64,000 bases of DNA from Mobula hypostoma (Eukaryota), in contig NC_086097.1 in the NCBI RefSeq assembly GCF_963921235.1, forward strand, positions 156,862,001 through 156,926,000, in the 5' to 3' direction. Made by a program: the position numbers and the translations under genes. The notes under the pieces are model-generated. The model saw nothing but the letters and a program-made list of their open reading frames with translations, ran no database searches and was not told the origin of the DNA. Each line of letters opens with the position of its first letter. Position 1 is the stretch's first letter. Shown here piece after piece: positions 24,090-36,759 of the stretch.

Positions 24090-26045
24090 AGGATGAAGAT
24101 TTTAGGCGTTTGGGATGGTTAATGGTGCCTAACGGCGTCTCCCTTGCTTGCATCTTCAAGAACAGCTCTATTTCCATTTTTAAAATCTCTATTTTTCCCT
24201 TTCAAGGTTCTTTTGAAGACCCTGACCTAGAGTTACATGCTGACTAGGGTTCTTTGTGGGAATGGGACCCGCTTTCAGGGTTTCATAACTGGGTGCCAAG
24301 GGCTCAGCTTAAGAGCTTCACTTGCCTTTGGAGGACCAAGTTTTTGTGGCTCTGGAGATGGGGGTGGGTGGGGGAGGGGGGTTCAGAGGTCGGTGTCTGG
24401 GCAGGAGATCCCTGTGTCATGGGAGATGGAAGATCTAAGGCTGTGTGCCCAGAGACCCGAGATCTTTGGGCACAGAGCTTGGAAAAAACGACGCAATGGA
24501 CTTTTAACATCGTAAACCAGCGAGTTTTTTGTTATGTCTCCCCTCTCACTATGAAACGGAGACACCCCTTTCTCCCTTATTGGGGAGCGAGAGAGACTGT
24601 GGTATGTTGAATGCCAGGTGCATAATGTAGTCTTTGGAGTACTGCAAGTCTGTGTCTTTGCTGTTACCTTGCTCACGGTTGTGTGTTCAGTGGCGGGTGC
24701 CATAGAACCATAGAAACTACAGCACAGAAACAGGCCTTTTGGCCCTTCTTGGCTGTGCCGAACCATTTTCTGCCTAGTCCCACTGACTTGCACACGGACC
24801 ATATCCCTCCATACACCTCCCATCCATGTATCTGTCCAATTTATTCTTAAATGTTAAAAAAGAAGCTGCATTTACCACCTCGTCTGGCAGCTCATTCCAT
24901 ACTCCCACCAATCTCTGTGTGAAGAAGCCCCCCCTAATGTTCCCTTTAAACTTTCCCCCCCTCACCCTTAACCCATGTCCTCTGGTTTTTTTCTCCCCTT
25001 GCCTCAGTGGAAAAAGCCTGCTTGCATTCACTCTATCTATACCCATCATAATTTTATATACCTCTGTCAAATCTCCCCTCATTCTTCTACGCTCCAGGGA
25101 ATAAAGCCCTAACCTATTCAACCTTTCTCTGTAACTGAGTTTCTCAAGTCCCGGCAACACCCTTGTAAACCTTCTCTGCATTCTTTCAACCTTATTTATA
25201 TCCTTCCTGTAATTTGGTGACCAAAACTGAACACAATACTCCAGATTCAGCCTCACCAATGCCTTATACAACCTCATCATAACAGTCCAGCTCTTATACT
25301 CAATACTTTGATTAATAAAGGCCAATGTACCAAAAGCTCTCTTTACGACCCTATCTACCTGTGACGCCACTTTTAGGGAATTTTGTATCTGTATTCCCAG
25401 ATCCCTCTGTTCCACTGCACTCCTCAGTGCCTTACCATTAACCCTGTATGTACCACCTTGGTTTGTCCTTCCAACATGCAATACCTCACACATGTCTGTA
25501 TTAAACTCCATCTGCCATTTTTCAGCTCATTTTTCCAGCTGGTCCAAGTCCCTCTGCAGGCTCTGAAAACCTTCCTCACTCCTCCTCCAATCTTTGTATC
25601 ATCAGCAAATTTGTTGATCCAATTTACCACATTATCATCCAGATCATTGATATAGATGACAAATAACAATGGACCCAGCACTGATCCCTGTGGCACACCA
25701 AAAGTCACAGGCCTCCACTCGGAGAAGCAATTCTCTACTACCACTCTTACCACCTCGTCTGGCAGCTCATTCCATACTCCCACCACTCTCTGTGTGAAGA
25801 AGCCCCCCCCAATGCTGATGCTGATGCTTTTTTTTTACTGGTGGGGAGAGGGGGGATTGTTGCTTGCTGCTGCTTATGTGTGGGAGGGATAGGAGTTGGG
25901 GGGGACTTTGGTGTTCTAAAATTTAACTGTCGTTCATTCTTTGGGACACTCCTCTGTTTTCATGGATGGTTGCAAAGAAAAAGCATTTCAGAATGTATAT
26001 TGTATACATTTCTCTGACATTAAAAGTACCTTTGAAACCTTTGAA
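24090..26045 (+). mobile_element. Non-autonomous retroelement (CTTTGAA tail) split by a CR1 insertion
   Basis: Non-coding. Ends GTATACATTTCTCTGACATTAAAAGTACCTTTGAAACCTTTGAA. Two halves at about 24090-24700 and 25815-26045. Confidence 0.5.
24700..25814 (-). mobile_element. Young CR1 3' portion, (CTATGGTTT)n subfamily
   Basis: ORF 25424-25786 ([17 protein letters not shown]) and ORF 24774-25511. Confidence 0.95.
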
Positions 26046-26268
26046 TGGGTAAAGAAATGTAATATAGGGTAGGGAAATATATGTTCATGCATTTTGGTTA
26101 AAGAAATAAAGGCATAGACTATTTTCTAAATGGGGAGAAAATTCAAAGATTAGGGATACAAAGGGACTTTGGAGTCCTTGTGCAAGATTCCCTGAAGGTT
26201 AATTTGTAGGTTGAGTTGGTGGAAGGGAAGCAAATGCCATGGTGGCATTCATTTTGAAAGGACTAGAA

Positions 26269-26590
26269 TCAGAATCAGAATTAATATCACTGGCATATAT
26301 TCTGAAATTTCTTGTTTTGCAGCAGTACATTGGAATTCATAATAATTAAAACTGTAAATTAGTGTAAATATATATATATATAAGTTAAGGTAAATAAGTA
26401 GTGAAAAAAGAGAAAAAAATAAAAAGTTGTGAGGTAGTGTTCATGGGTTCAATGTCCATTCAAAAATATGGTGGCAGAGTGGAAGGAACCATTTCTGAAT
26501 CATTGATTTGTCTGTCTTCAGGCTCCTGTAGCTCCTCCCTGAAGGTAGCAATGAGAAGTGAGTATGTCCTGGGTGATGGGAGTCCTTAAT
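26269..26590 (-). mobile_element. Rex1-like 3' fragment with (TTCTGA)n tail
   Basis: AGAATCAGAATCAGAAT on +, then TTCAGGCTCCTGTAGCTCCTCCCTGAAGG, the reverse of LPSGRxYRSL. Confidence 0.6.
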
Positions 26591-27004
26591 TGTTCACCCA
26601 GCATTCTTATAAGACTCAGGCCACACTTCACAACACTGTATTCCATACACCACTTTTTGCCCATTCTTCCAATTTGTTTAAGTCCTACTGCAATCGCATT
26701 GCTTCTTCAGCACTATCTACTCCTCCACCTGTCTTCACATCATCCGCAGATTTTGGCTCAGAAACATAAATTCCATTATCCAAATCGTTAACAAACAATG
26801 TGAAAAGTAGCAGTCCCAATACTGACCCTTGTAGTCACTGGCAGCCAGCCAGAAAAGCCCCCTTTATTCCCACTCACTGTCTCCTGCCTGTCAGTCATTC
26901 CTCTCTCCATACCAGTACCTTTCTTGTAACACCACAGGATTTTATCTTGTTAAAAGATAAATTCACTAGCTAAATTTTATCTTGTTATCTTGTTAATTTT
27001 ATCT

Positions 27005-29068
27005 GTGAAGGGCAGATCGTGTCTAACAAGCTTGATAGATTTCTTTGAGGAGGTGACCAGGCATATAGATGAGGGTAGTGTAGTGGATGTGATCTACATG
27101 GATTTTAGAAAGGCGTTTGACAAGTTTCCACATGGTAGGCTTATTCAGAAAGTCAGAAGGCATGGGATCCAGGGAAGTTTGGCCAAGTGCATTCAGAATT
27201 GGCTTGCTTGCAGAAGGTGAGAGGGTCGTGGCGAAGGGAGTACATTTGGATTGGAGGGTTGTGACTAGTGGTGTCCCACAAGGATCGGTTCTGGGATCTC
27301 CACTTCTCGGGATTTTTATTAACGACCTGGATGTGGAGGTAGAGAGGTCGGTTGGCAAGGTTGCAGATGACACAAAGGTTGGTGGTGTTGTAGATAGTGT
27401 AGAGGATTGTCGAAGATTGCAGAGAGACATTGATAGGATGCAGAAGTGGGCTAAGAAGTGGCAGATGGAGTTCAACCCGGAGAAGTGTGAGGTGGTACAC
27501 TTTGGAAGGACAAACTCCAAGGCAGAGTACATAGTAAATGGCATGATTCTTGGAAGTGTGGAGGAGCAGAGGGACCACAGTTCCCTGAAAGTTGCCCTCA
27601 GGTAGATAGGGTAGTGAAGAAAGCTTATGGAGTGTTAGCTTTCATAAGTCGAGGGATAGAGTTTAAGAATCGCGATGTAATGATGCAGCTCTATAAAACT
27701 CTGGTTAGGCCACACTTGGAGTACTGTGTCCAGTTCTGGTTGCCTCACTATAGGAAGGATGTGGAAGCATTGTAAAGAGTACAGAGGAGATTGTTACGTA
27801 CCCCGTAACTGGGTTGCCAAACCAGCAGAAATGGATCACTCAGTTGGAGTCTGGAGTACTAGAACTAAGAAAGTTTTATTAAAGAAACAAGCAACACACT
27901 AATCGAAAGGATAATAAATACAACAGTTTAGCAATGATAAACACACATGTGCACAGAATTAAGATAACAGCATCAATCAAGCTCTATCGTTATCTAGGGG
28001 TAAATGACCAAATTTCAAAGTGACTCAAAGTTCAGTCCAGTTTAGTAGTTCAGTTCGCAGTAATCGTTGCCATGGCGATGGACAACGTGGGGGGGAGAGA
28101 GAGAGAGAACAGGAACAACTGATCATTCAGACACAGCTTCACTCACAGACCGGCGATATGGCTCACAAGCAGCTTTTGGGCAGGTCCTTGGTGATGTCAC
28201 CTGAGGTCACCGACTGTGACCCCTCCTCCAGATGCGGTCGATCCTCTGCAGTGAACCCGGCACCCAGGCAAGGGCGGACACACACCGGGTTCCCGCTGAT
28301 CGTACCTTTCCACCCTGGCTGTTGTCTGATACTTCCCACCGACTCGTGAGAGGCGTACCGCTTCCAGGGTCTTGTTACCTCGGGTGGCGTGTGTCCTGCC
28401 TTAGCGAACCGGTCCCTTTTTATCCCCCTGCTGGGGTAACGCCCGTCCATCACTTCAAACAGTTCAGGGTTCAAAGGGGGAGCCGCTCCAGACAGCTCTC
28501 TACACATCTCCAAGTGCTGTTTCATTGTGTCCCTTATCTCTCTCTTGAAGACAGGTGGCAGACCAACTGCTGATCACACAGGACAGCTAACATCTTATCT
28601 ATGTGTATTCGTCACAAGATTTACCAGGATGCTGCCTGGTTTAGAGAGTATGCATTATGATCAGAGATTAAGGGAGCTAGTGCTTTACTCTCTGGAGAGG
28701 AGGATGAGAGGAGACATGATAGAGGTGTGCAAGATATTAAGAGGAGTAGATAGAGTGGACAGCCAGCGCCTCTTCCTCAGGGCACCACATTCAATACAAG
28801 AGGACATGGCTTTAAGGTAAGGGGTGGGAAGTTCAAGGGGGATATTAGAGGAAGGTTTTTTAGTCAGAGTGTGGTTGGTGCATGGAATGCGCTGCCTGAG
28901 TCAGTGGTGGAGGCAGATACACTAGTGAAGTTTAAGAGACTACTAGACAGGTATATGGAGGAATTTAAGTTGGGGGGGGTTAAATGGGAAGCAGGGTTTA
29001 AGGATCGGCACAACATTGTGGGATGAATGGCCTATACTGTGCTGTACTGTTCTATGTTCTATGTTCTA
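27005..29068 (+). mobile_element. CR1 3' half, (TATGTTC)n subfamily, interrupted by a solo LTR
   Basis: ORF 26990-27220 (KGRSCLTSLIDFFEEV) and ORF 27117-27605. Same family as 46132-49722. Confidence 0.92.
27792..28616 (-). mobile_element. Solo LTR
   Basis: TGTTACG...CGTCACA termini and 4-bp TSD AGAT. Splits the CR1 VQRR|FTRM motif. Minus-strand AATAAA near 27875. Confidence 0.88.
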
Positions 29069-29170
29069 AGCACCGTCATGTGTAGCACCTTATCAAATGC
29101 CTTCTGAAAATCCAAATAAATGACATCCACTGTCTCCCCTTTGTTGCCCCTGCTTGTTACTTGTATGAGG

Positions 29171-29779
29171 TGTCTTGTACCCGGTGACGGGTTACAGAAC
29201 CAGCAGAAATGGAAAACATTTTGGAGTCCGGTATTGCTATTAACCAATGGTATTTATTAGTAACTACGCCATACGGTAATATAAATGCAGATATATCAAA
29301 CAGGTTAGCAATGATTATATATGTGTGGAAATATACGAAAACTAAGTTTCTTCAAGTCTAGGGGTAAATAGATAGTCTTACGATGATGAGTAAAGTTCAA
29401 TTCAGTTCGTGGTATTGAGTTGAGTAGTGATTGGAGGGGGAAAGAGGGAGAGGGGGAAAGAGGGAGGGGGGAAAAAGGGAGAGGGGGAAAGAGGGAGAGA
29501 TTTGAGTCTTCAGGTGAGCTGACGCTGTCGATTCTCCCGTTGTCCTCCAAAATCCTTTAGAAGTCACCGACTGTGATCACACAAAGGGGACCATTCTTCT
29601 GTGGTGGAATTATCAACCCAGGCGAGGGTCGGTAACACAAATAACTCCCCACCGGTCACACCCTTTTCACACAGTTTTTACCTCTCTCTCTCTTAATAAC
29701 AAGGTGTTTGGCGTTGAACAACTCTCTCTCTCTCTTCTCAAAAGCACAGTTCATAGGGGTAATTCAGGACCCCGTCACA
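29171..29779 (-). mobile_element. Solo LTR related to 27792-28616
   Basis: TGTC...GTCACA termini and 4-bp TSD GAGG. Shares AACCAGCAGAAATGGA, TCTAGGGGTAAAT and GTCACCGACTGTGA with the neighbouring LTR. Confidence 0.82.
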
Positions 29780-29900
29780 GAGGGCATCAAAGAATATGGT
29801 GAGAAGTCAGGTGTATGGGGTTGAATGGGCTCTGGGATCAGCTGTGTTAGAATGGCAGAGCATTCGATGGGATGAATGGCCTAATTCTGCTCCTATGGTC
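29780..29900 (+). mobile_element. CR1 3' UTR fragment
   Basis: GAATGGCCTAATTCTGCTCCTATGGTCTTA terminus. Confidence 0.7.
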
Positions 29901-32220
29901 TTACTTCCTTGAAGAACTCTAACAGATATGCCAGGCAATATTTTCCTTTATGGAAACCATGCTGACTTTGATTTATTTTATCATTGCTTTCCAAGTACCC
30001 CGAAACCTCATTCTTAATAAAAGACTCCAACACTTTCCCAGCCACTGAGGTTAGGCTAACTGGCCTATAATTTCTATTCTCTTGATTTCCTCCCTTCATA
30101 AAGATTGGAGTGACATTTGCAACTTTCCATTCCTCCGGGACTATCCCATAATCAAGTTATTCCTTAAAGATCATGAACAATTCATCTGTTATCTCTTCAG
30201 CAACCTCTCTCAGGACTCTGGGATGCAGTCCATCTGGTCCATCTGATTTATCCACCTTAAGACCTTTCAGTTTGCCTAGCACTTTATCCTTGTAATAGCT
30301 ACGGCACTAACTCTTGCTCCATGTCGCTCATGCACCTCTGGCACATTGCCAGTGTCTTCCACAATGAAAACTGATGCAAAGTACTCATTAAGTTCTTCTG
30401 CTATTTCTTTGTCCACCATTACTACCTCACCTGCCTCATTTCCAGTGGTCCAATATCAACTTTCATCTACCTTTTATTCTTTATATAACCGAAAAATACT
30501 TCAAATATCCTGCTTTATATTATTGATTAGTTTGCCCTCATGTTTCATCTTTTCCCTTCTTATAGCTTTTTAGTTGCCTTTTGTTGTATCTTGTAAGCTT
30601 TCCTATCATCCAACGTCCCACTCACTTTTGCTACCTTATACAAGGATACAAGACCATAAGACAAAGGAGCAGAATTCAGCTATTTGGCCCATCCAGTATG
30701 CTTCACCATTCAATCATGGCTGATCTTTTTATCCCCCCCCCCCACCCCAGCCCCACTCCCTGGACTTCTCCACATAACCTTTGATGCCATGTCCAATCAA
30801 GAACATATCAATCTCTGTTTTAAATACACCCAACAACCTGGCATCCACAGCTGCCTGTGGTAATAAATCTGTGTCTGTGCCCTCTTGTCCTGGAGTCCCC
30901 CATCATGGGAAACATCCTTTCCTCATCTACTCTGTGTAGGCCTTTCAACATTTGAAAGTTTTCAATGTGATACCCCTCCATCTTTCTAAATTCCAGTGAG
31001 TACAGACCTAGAGCTATCAAATGTTCCTCGTATGATAACCTTTTCATTCCCAGAATCATCCTTGCAAGCCTCCTCTGAACCCTCTCCAATGGCAGTGCAT
31101 CTTTTCTGAGATGAAAAGCCCAAAACAGTTCACAATATTCAAGGTGAGGCCTCACCGGTGTCTTATAAAGACTCAGCATACATCACTGCTCTTGTATTTT
31201 AGACATCTTGAAATGAATTATGTGTCCTTTCAATGGCTTTTATGCAGTCCTTAACTTCCCTTGTCAGCCATGGTTGCCTACCCCTGCCATTTGAGAACAA
31301 CTTCTTCAGTGGGACATACTTATCCTGGATCATGTGAATTATTCCTCGAAACCTCAGCCATCTCTGCTCTGCCGTCATTACCATCAGTATCCTCCTCCAA
31401 CCCACCACGGTGAGCTGCTCTCTCATGCCTCTGAAATTCCTTTTATTCCATTGCGATACTGATGCATGTAACTTATGCTTCTCCCTCTCAATTTGCAGTA
31501 TGAATTCAATCATATTATGATCACTGTCTCCTAATGGCTCCTTATTAGCTTATTAGATCTTATTAGTTTCCTAATAAGATCTGGGTTATTACACAACACC
31601 CAATCTAGTATAGCCTTTCCCCGAGTAGGCTCAAGCACAAGTTTCTCTAAAAAGCTATCTCGTAGGCATTCAACAAATTCCCTCTCGTGATCCGACACCA
31701 AGCTAATTTTCCCAGTCTCCTTGCATATTGAAGTCCCCCATTATAATTGTGTCATTACCCTTATTACATGCATTTTCCACTCCCTTTGCAATCTCAACCC
31801 CACATCTTGGCTACTATTTGGAGGCCTATACATGATTCCCAGAAAGGCTTTTTCACTGCTGCTCTTTCATAACTCTACCCACAAAAATTCAACATTCTCT
31901 GACTCTATGTCACCTCTTTCTAAAGGTGTAATTCCATCTCTTAAGAAAAGAGCCACACCACCACCCATGCCTTCTTGCCTGACCTATCTCTACAAAGTAT
32001 ACCCTTTGATCTTAAACTCCTAACTATGGCCTTCTTTCAGCCACAAATCAGTGTTGCATCATACCGACAACATCGTACTAACCAATCTGTAATTGTGCCA
32101 TGAGTTCATTCACCTTATTCTGAATGTTACATGCATTTAAATACAACACCTTCAGTCCTGCATTCTTCTTCCTTTTAAACTTTAACTCTTTGCTCTATCT
32201 GCATTTAAACCCAATCATTG
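29901..32220 (-). mobile_element. Old CR1 ORF2 (APE-tether-RT N-terminus) with nested CR1 3' fragment at about 30645-31215
   Basis: ORF 29893-30099 ([10 protein letters not shown]...SQHGF), ORF 31199-31513 (QPWLTREVKD), ORF 30820-31179 (LYKTPVRPHLEYC). Confidence 0.85.
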
Positions 32221-32654
32221 GCTTGTTGAATTGAATTGATTTGACTTGACTTTATTTCGTACATCCTTCACATACATGAACAGTAAAAATCTTTACGTTA
32301 TGTCTCTGGCTATATGTGCAAACATAGTAATTTATAATAATCTTTAATAAATAGAACAGCCAATAGAAATAACACTCAACGCAGCATGAATTAATCAGTC
32401 TGATAATCTGGTGGAAGAAGCTCTTCTGGAGCCTGTTAGTCCTGGCATGATGGTAGCAGCTGGATTAGATTGTGGTAGGGTGACTCAAGTCCCCAGTGAG
32501 CCTTTGGGCTCTTTTTTTCACACCTGTCTTTGTAAATATCCTCTAGTAAACCTCTGCAAGAATATTGTTCCCCCTCGGATTCAAGTGCAACCCGTCCCTT
32601 TTGTACAAGTCACACCTTCCCCAGAAGAGGTCCCAAGACATCCTGGATGCTGGG

Positions 32655-33820
32655 GAGACTAGTGTCTATGATGGAGCTGACTGAGTTTACAACTTTCTGC
32701 AGCTTATTTCTATCCTGTGCAGTGCCACCCGCCCACCCCCCCATATCAGATGGCGATGCAGCCAGTTAGAATGTTCTCCACGGTACATCGGTTAAAAACT
32801 TGTGTCTTTAGTGACATACAAAACTGCTCAAGCTCCCAATGAAATATAGCCACTATCATGCCTTATTTGTAACTGTATCAATATGTTGGGCCCAGGATAG
32901 ATCTTCAGAGATGTTGACACCCAGGAACTTGAAATTGTTCACCCATTTCAGTTTTAATCCCTCTATGAGGACTGGTGTGTGTTCCCTTGTCTTACCCTTT
33001 CTGAATTCCACAATCAGTCCTTTGGTCTCACTAACATTGAGTGTAAAGTGGTTGCTGCAACACCACTCAACTAGCTGATATATCTCACTCCTGTACGTCT
33101 TCACCACTCAACTAGCTGATCTATCTCACTCCTGTATGTCTTCACCACTCAACTAGCTGATCTATCTCACTCCTGTACGTCTTCACCACTCAACTAGCTG
33201 ATCTATCTCACTCCTGTACGTCTTCACCACTCAACTAGCTGATCTATCTCACTCCTGTACGTCTTCACCACTCAACTAGCTGATACGTCTCACTCCTGTA
33301 CGTCTTCACCACTCAACTAGCTGATCTATCTCACTCCTGTACGTCTTCACCACTCAACTAGCTGATCTATCTCACTCCTGTACGTCTTCACCACTCAACT
33401 AGCTGATCTATCTCACTCCTGTACGTCTTCACCACTCAACTAGCTGATATGTCTCACTCCTGTACGTCTTCACCACTCAACTAGCTGATATGTCTCACTC
33501 CTGTACGTCGTCACCACTCAACTAGCTGATATATCTCACTCCTATACGTCTTCACCACTCAACTAGCTGATCTATCTCACTCCTGTACGTCTTTACCACT
33601 CAACTAGCTGATATATCTCACTCCTGTACATCTTCACCACTCAACTTGCTGATATATCTCACTCCTGTACGTTTTCTCATCACCATCTGAAATTCTGCCA
33701 ACAATAGTCATGTAATCACCAAATTTATATAGATCATTTGAGTTGTGCCTAGCCATACGGTCATAAATGTAGAGAGTAGTGCAGTGGGCTAGTCACACAA
33801 TCTTGAGGTATGTCAGTGCT
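32655..33820 (-). mobile_element. Rex1/Babar-like RT fragment carrying an internal minisatellite
   Basis: ORF 32856-33107 (YRSEIYQLVEWCCSNHFTLNVSETKGLIVEFRK...FKFLGVNISEDLSW). Decayed KFxDxxT motif near 33715. Confidence 0.85.
33061..33672. repeat. 41-bp minisatellite, about 15 copies
   Basis: Unit CACCACTCAACTAGCTGATCTATCTCACTCCTGTACGTCTT. Starts at 33061, 33102, 33143 and so on. Confidence 0.98.
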
Positions 33821-34385
33821 GAAGCTTTATAAGGCATTGGTCAGACCACACTTGAAAGTATTGTGAGCTGTTTTGGGCCCCTTGTCTAAGAAAGGGTGTA
33901 CTGCCATTAGAGAGAGTCCAAAGGCGATTCATGAGAATGATTCCATGAATGAAAGGGTTAATGTACGCAGAGCATTTGATGGCACTGAGCCTTTGCTCAC
34001 TGGAGTTAAGAAGAATGAGGAGAATCTCTTTTGAAACCTAGCGAATATTAAATAGCCTAGACAGAGTGGATGTAGGAAGGATGTTACCTATAGTGGATGA
34101 GTCTAGGACCAGAGCACACAGCTTCCAAGTAGAGGGCTACCTATTTAGAACAGAGATGAAGCAGAATTTCTTTAGCCAGAGCTTGATGAATCTGTGAATT
34201 TCATTGTCACAGAAGGCTGTGGAAGCTAGGTTATTGAATACATTTAAAGCAGAGTTTGAAAGTTTCTTGTTTAGTCAGTGTGTCAAAGGTTACAGGGAGG
34301 AGGTCAGGGAATGGGGTTGAGAGGGAAAATAAATAGCTATGATGGAATGGCAGAGCCATTCTACTCCTATATCTTATGGTCCTAT
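33821..34385 (+). mobile_element. Old CR1 3' fragment
   Basis: CTTTATAAGGCATTGGTCAGACCACACTTG (LYKALVRPHL), AATTTCTTTAGCCAGAG, 3' end CCTATATCTTATGGTC. Confidence 0.85.
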
Positions 34386-35036
34386 AGTCACATCAAGTAT
34401 TTATTGCAGAAATAATTGCATGCATTGATACCATATAGGCTGTAGACAAGACAAGGCTCTCTGGTGAAAAATGAATGGCTATTTAGGTGTCAGACATAGT
34501 TCAGCAGCAATACTCATTTCCTTTGACGATCCCCTCCAGAACTAGTAAAATTCATTTAGGTCAATGGTCTATTGAAGCACCAAATTTTCCAAGATTATAA
34601 AGCTTCAGGATGTGATATGAAAGAAGAGCAGATCATGTTCTCATTAGTGTTCTTGCCAATATATAGCTCTCAACCAACAACAAAGAAACAGGATTATTTG
34701 ATAATAATTAGATTGCCTTTTGTCACTGGAGTGATGATTACATTCTTATCCTCCAAACTCAAAAGTATTTGTTACTACTGAAATGTGACTGATACCGTGA
34801 AGGATCCTGATACCTGGAGCATCAAGAGAAAAAAAAGTAGCCAGGCATTAGTTACACACCAGTATGTGCTCATCTCTTCTGCTTTATGGCCTATTTTTCT
34901 GTTTCTTACATTAGGTGAAAAAGAATGTGTTCGATATCCCTACATATTTGCAACAATTTACACTATACTCTAGACCCTATAATATTATATTGAGATTTAA
35001 TCCAACTAATCTACCAATGCACATTCAAACTGCAGT

Positions 35037-35575
35037 CAATACCGCTTCCCATTCCGACATGTCAGTCCATGGCCTCCTCTACTGTCACGATGAGGCTGCG
35101 CTCAGGTTGGAGGAGCAACACCTTTTTTCCCCACCTAACCTTCAACGTGATCATAATTGTCTCACCCCACCAGTCCTCATACCCGTTTCCCTCTCTCACC
35201 TTATCTCCTTACCTGTCCAGTATCTCCATCTGATGCTCCACTGCCTTCCTTTCTTCCATGGTCTTCAACCCTCTCCTATCGATTCCCACTTGCTCCTGCC
35301 CTTTATCTTTCTCACCAATCAACTTCACAGCTCTTCACTTCACAACTTCCCCTCTCCAGGTTTCACCTATCACTTACCACCTTGTGCTTCTTCCTCCCCT
35401 CACCCACCTTCTTACTCTGACTTCCCAGCTCTTTTTACCAGTCCTGATAAATGATCTCAGCCCAAAACATTGACAGTTTACTCTTTTCCATAGATGCTGC
35501 CAGGCCTGCTGAGTTCTTAAAGCACTTTATGTCTGTTGCGTGGATTTCCAGCATCTGCAATCTTTTTTCATGTTT
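35037..35575 (+). mobile_element. Penelope-like element 3' fragment
   Basis: NTASHSDMSVHGLLYCHDEAALRLEEQHL matches the GIY-YIG C-terminus at 54586-54937, followed by a terminal repeat with a degenerate hammerhead. Confidence 0.85.
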
Positions 35576-35864
35576 GTGCAGTTATGCAATGCTCAGTTCT
35601 ACTCAACTTTGTTGGAAGCTTGAAGGTAAGTTTCCATTCAAAGTACCAAACAGCATTCTGTGTCCTTGTTTATACTTAATTAATAAACTGATGGTCTAAA
35701 TGTTCTGTAGACATCAGTTTCATTTTCAGCGAAGAAACTGTATCAGACAATCATCATTAATGATGCTGCAGTATTAATATAGCCCTATCCTTTCCCATCC
35801 TGCATTAACTCCTAACCTTAACTTCTACATTATTTCTCCACTCGGACTGGACCACCAACAGCAA

Positions 35865-36740
35865 TACCTACATCAGGCTGCTGTTTGTAGCTTGGAACTA
35901 GGCATTCAACATCATCATCCCTCTCTACTGATCAACAAGTTTCAAAACCTGGACTTCTGTACCACCTTCTGCAAATGGATGCTTGACTTCCTCATTGGGA
36001 GACCACAGTCAGTGCAGATCTCTTCCTTGCTGGTAATTAATCACCACAACTACTCCCCCAGGATGTGTGCTAAGCTCACTGCTCTACTTTCTCTATACCC
36101 AGTACTATGTGGCTAAGTGTAGCTGAAATGCATTCTATAAATTCGCTGATGACACCACTGATTTTGGCAGAATCTCAGATAGCAATGAAGAGGTATACAG
36201 AAGATAGATAGATTGGATAGTTGAATGGTGTTGCAACCACAACCTCCTATTCAATATCGGTAAGACCAAGAAATTGATTGTGGACTACCAATACCCGCCA
36301 ATTGAGATGACAGCAGAGTAGTGGATGAGCAGTTTCAAGTTCCTAGGCATCAACATCTATCTTGGGCCCAGCAATTTGATGCAATCATGAAGAAGGCACA
36401 CCAGCAGATATACTTCATTGAGGGTTTAATGAGATTTACTACGCACCAAAGATACTAAAAAATTCCTACAGATGTACAATGGGGAACATTCTGACAGATG
36501 GTATCGCTCCCTGATATGGAGGCTCCAATGTGCAGGATCAAAAGAGGCAGCAGAGTGTTGTACACCACCGAACTCCACCCCATGCTCAACTCAGTACATC
36601 ATTAAGGACATCTGCAGCAAGTGGTGCTTCAGGAAGTCAATATCAATCTTTAAGGGCTCTTAACATCCAGTACATCCCCCCGATCATTGTTACCACCAGA
36701 GACCAGTAAAGGAGCCTGAACACTCAACATTTTAGGAACA
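35865..36740 (+). mobile_element. Rex1/Babar-like RT fragment, decayed
   Basis: CKWMLDFLIGRPQSV, PPGCVLS, TATAAATTCGCTGATGACACCACT (YKFADDTT), TTCAAGTTCCTAGGC (FKFLG). Confidence 0.85.
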
Positions 36741-36759
36741 TGTGTCCATAAGTGCTACC

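Larger units (their letters stand above)
23210..26268 (+). mobile_element. Old CR1 RT fragment hosting several nested insertions
   Basis: ORF 23351-23653 (GQSQHGFLQGKSCLTNF...LDFQKAFDKVP). Resumes at 23885-24066 and 26046-26268. Confidence 0.8.
26620..29165 (-). mobile_element. Old CR1 RT fragment split by the 26953-29068 insertion
   Basis: Reading ...DVIYLDFQKAFDKVLHM (ORF 29059-29247) continues at 26952 toward ...WLPVT. Confidence 0.75.

Noticed and set aside
33061..33672. CRISPR-like regular array
   Set aside because: Units are head-to-tail with no unique spacers, there are no cas genes, the context is eukaryotic, and the unit is Rex1 RT sequence.
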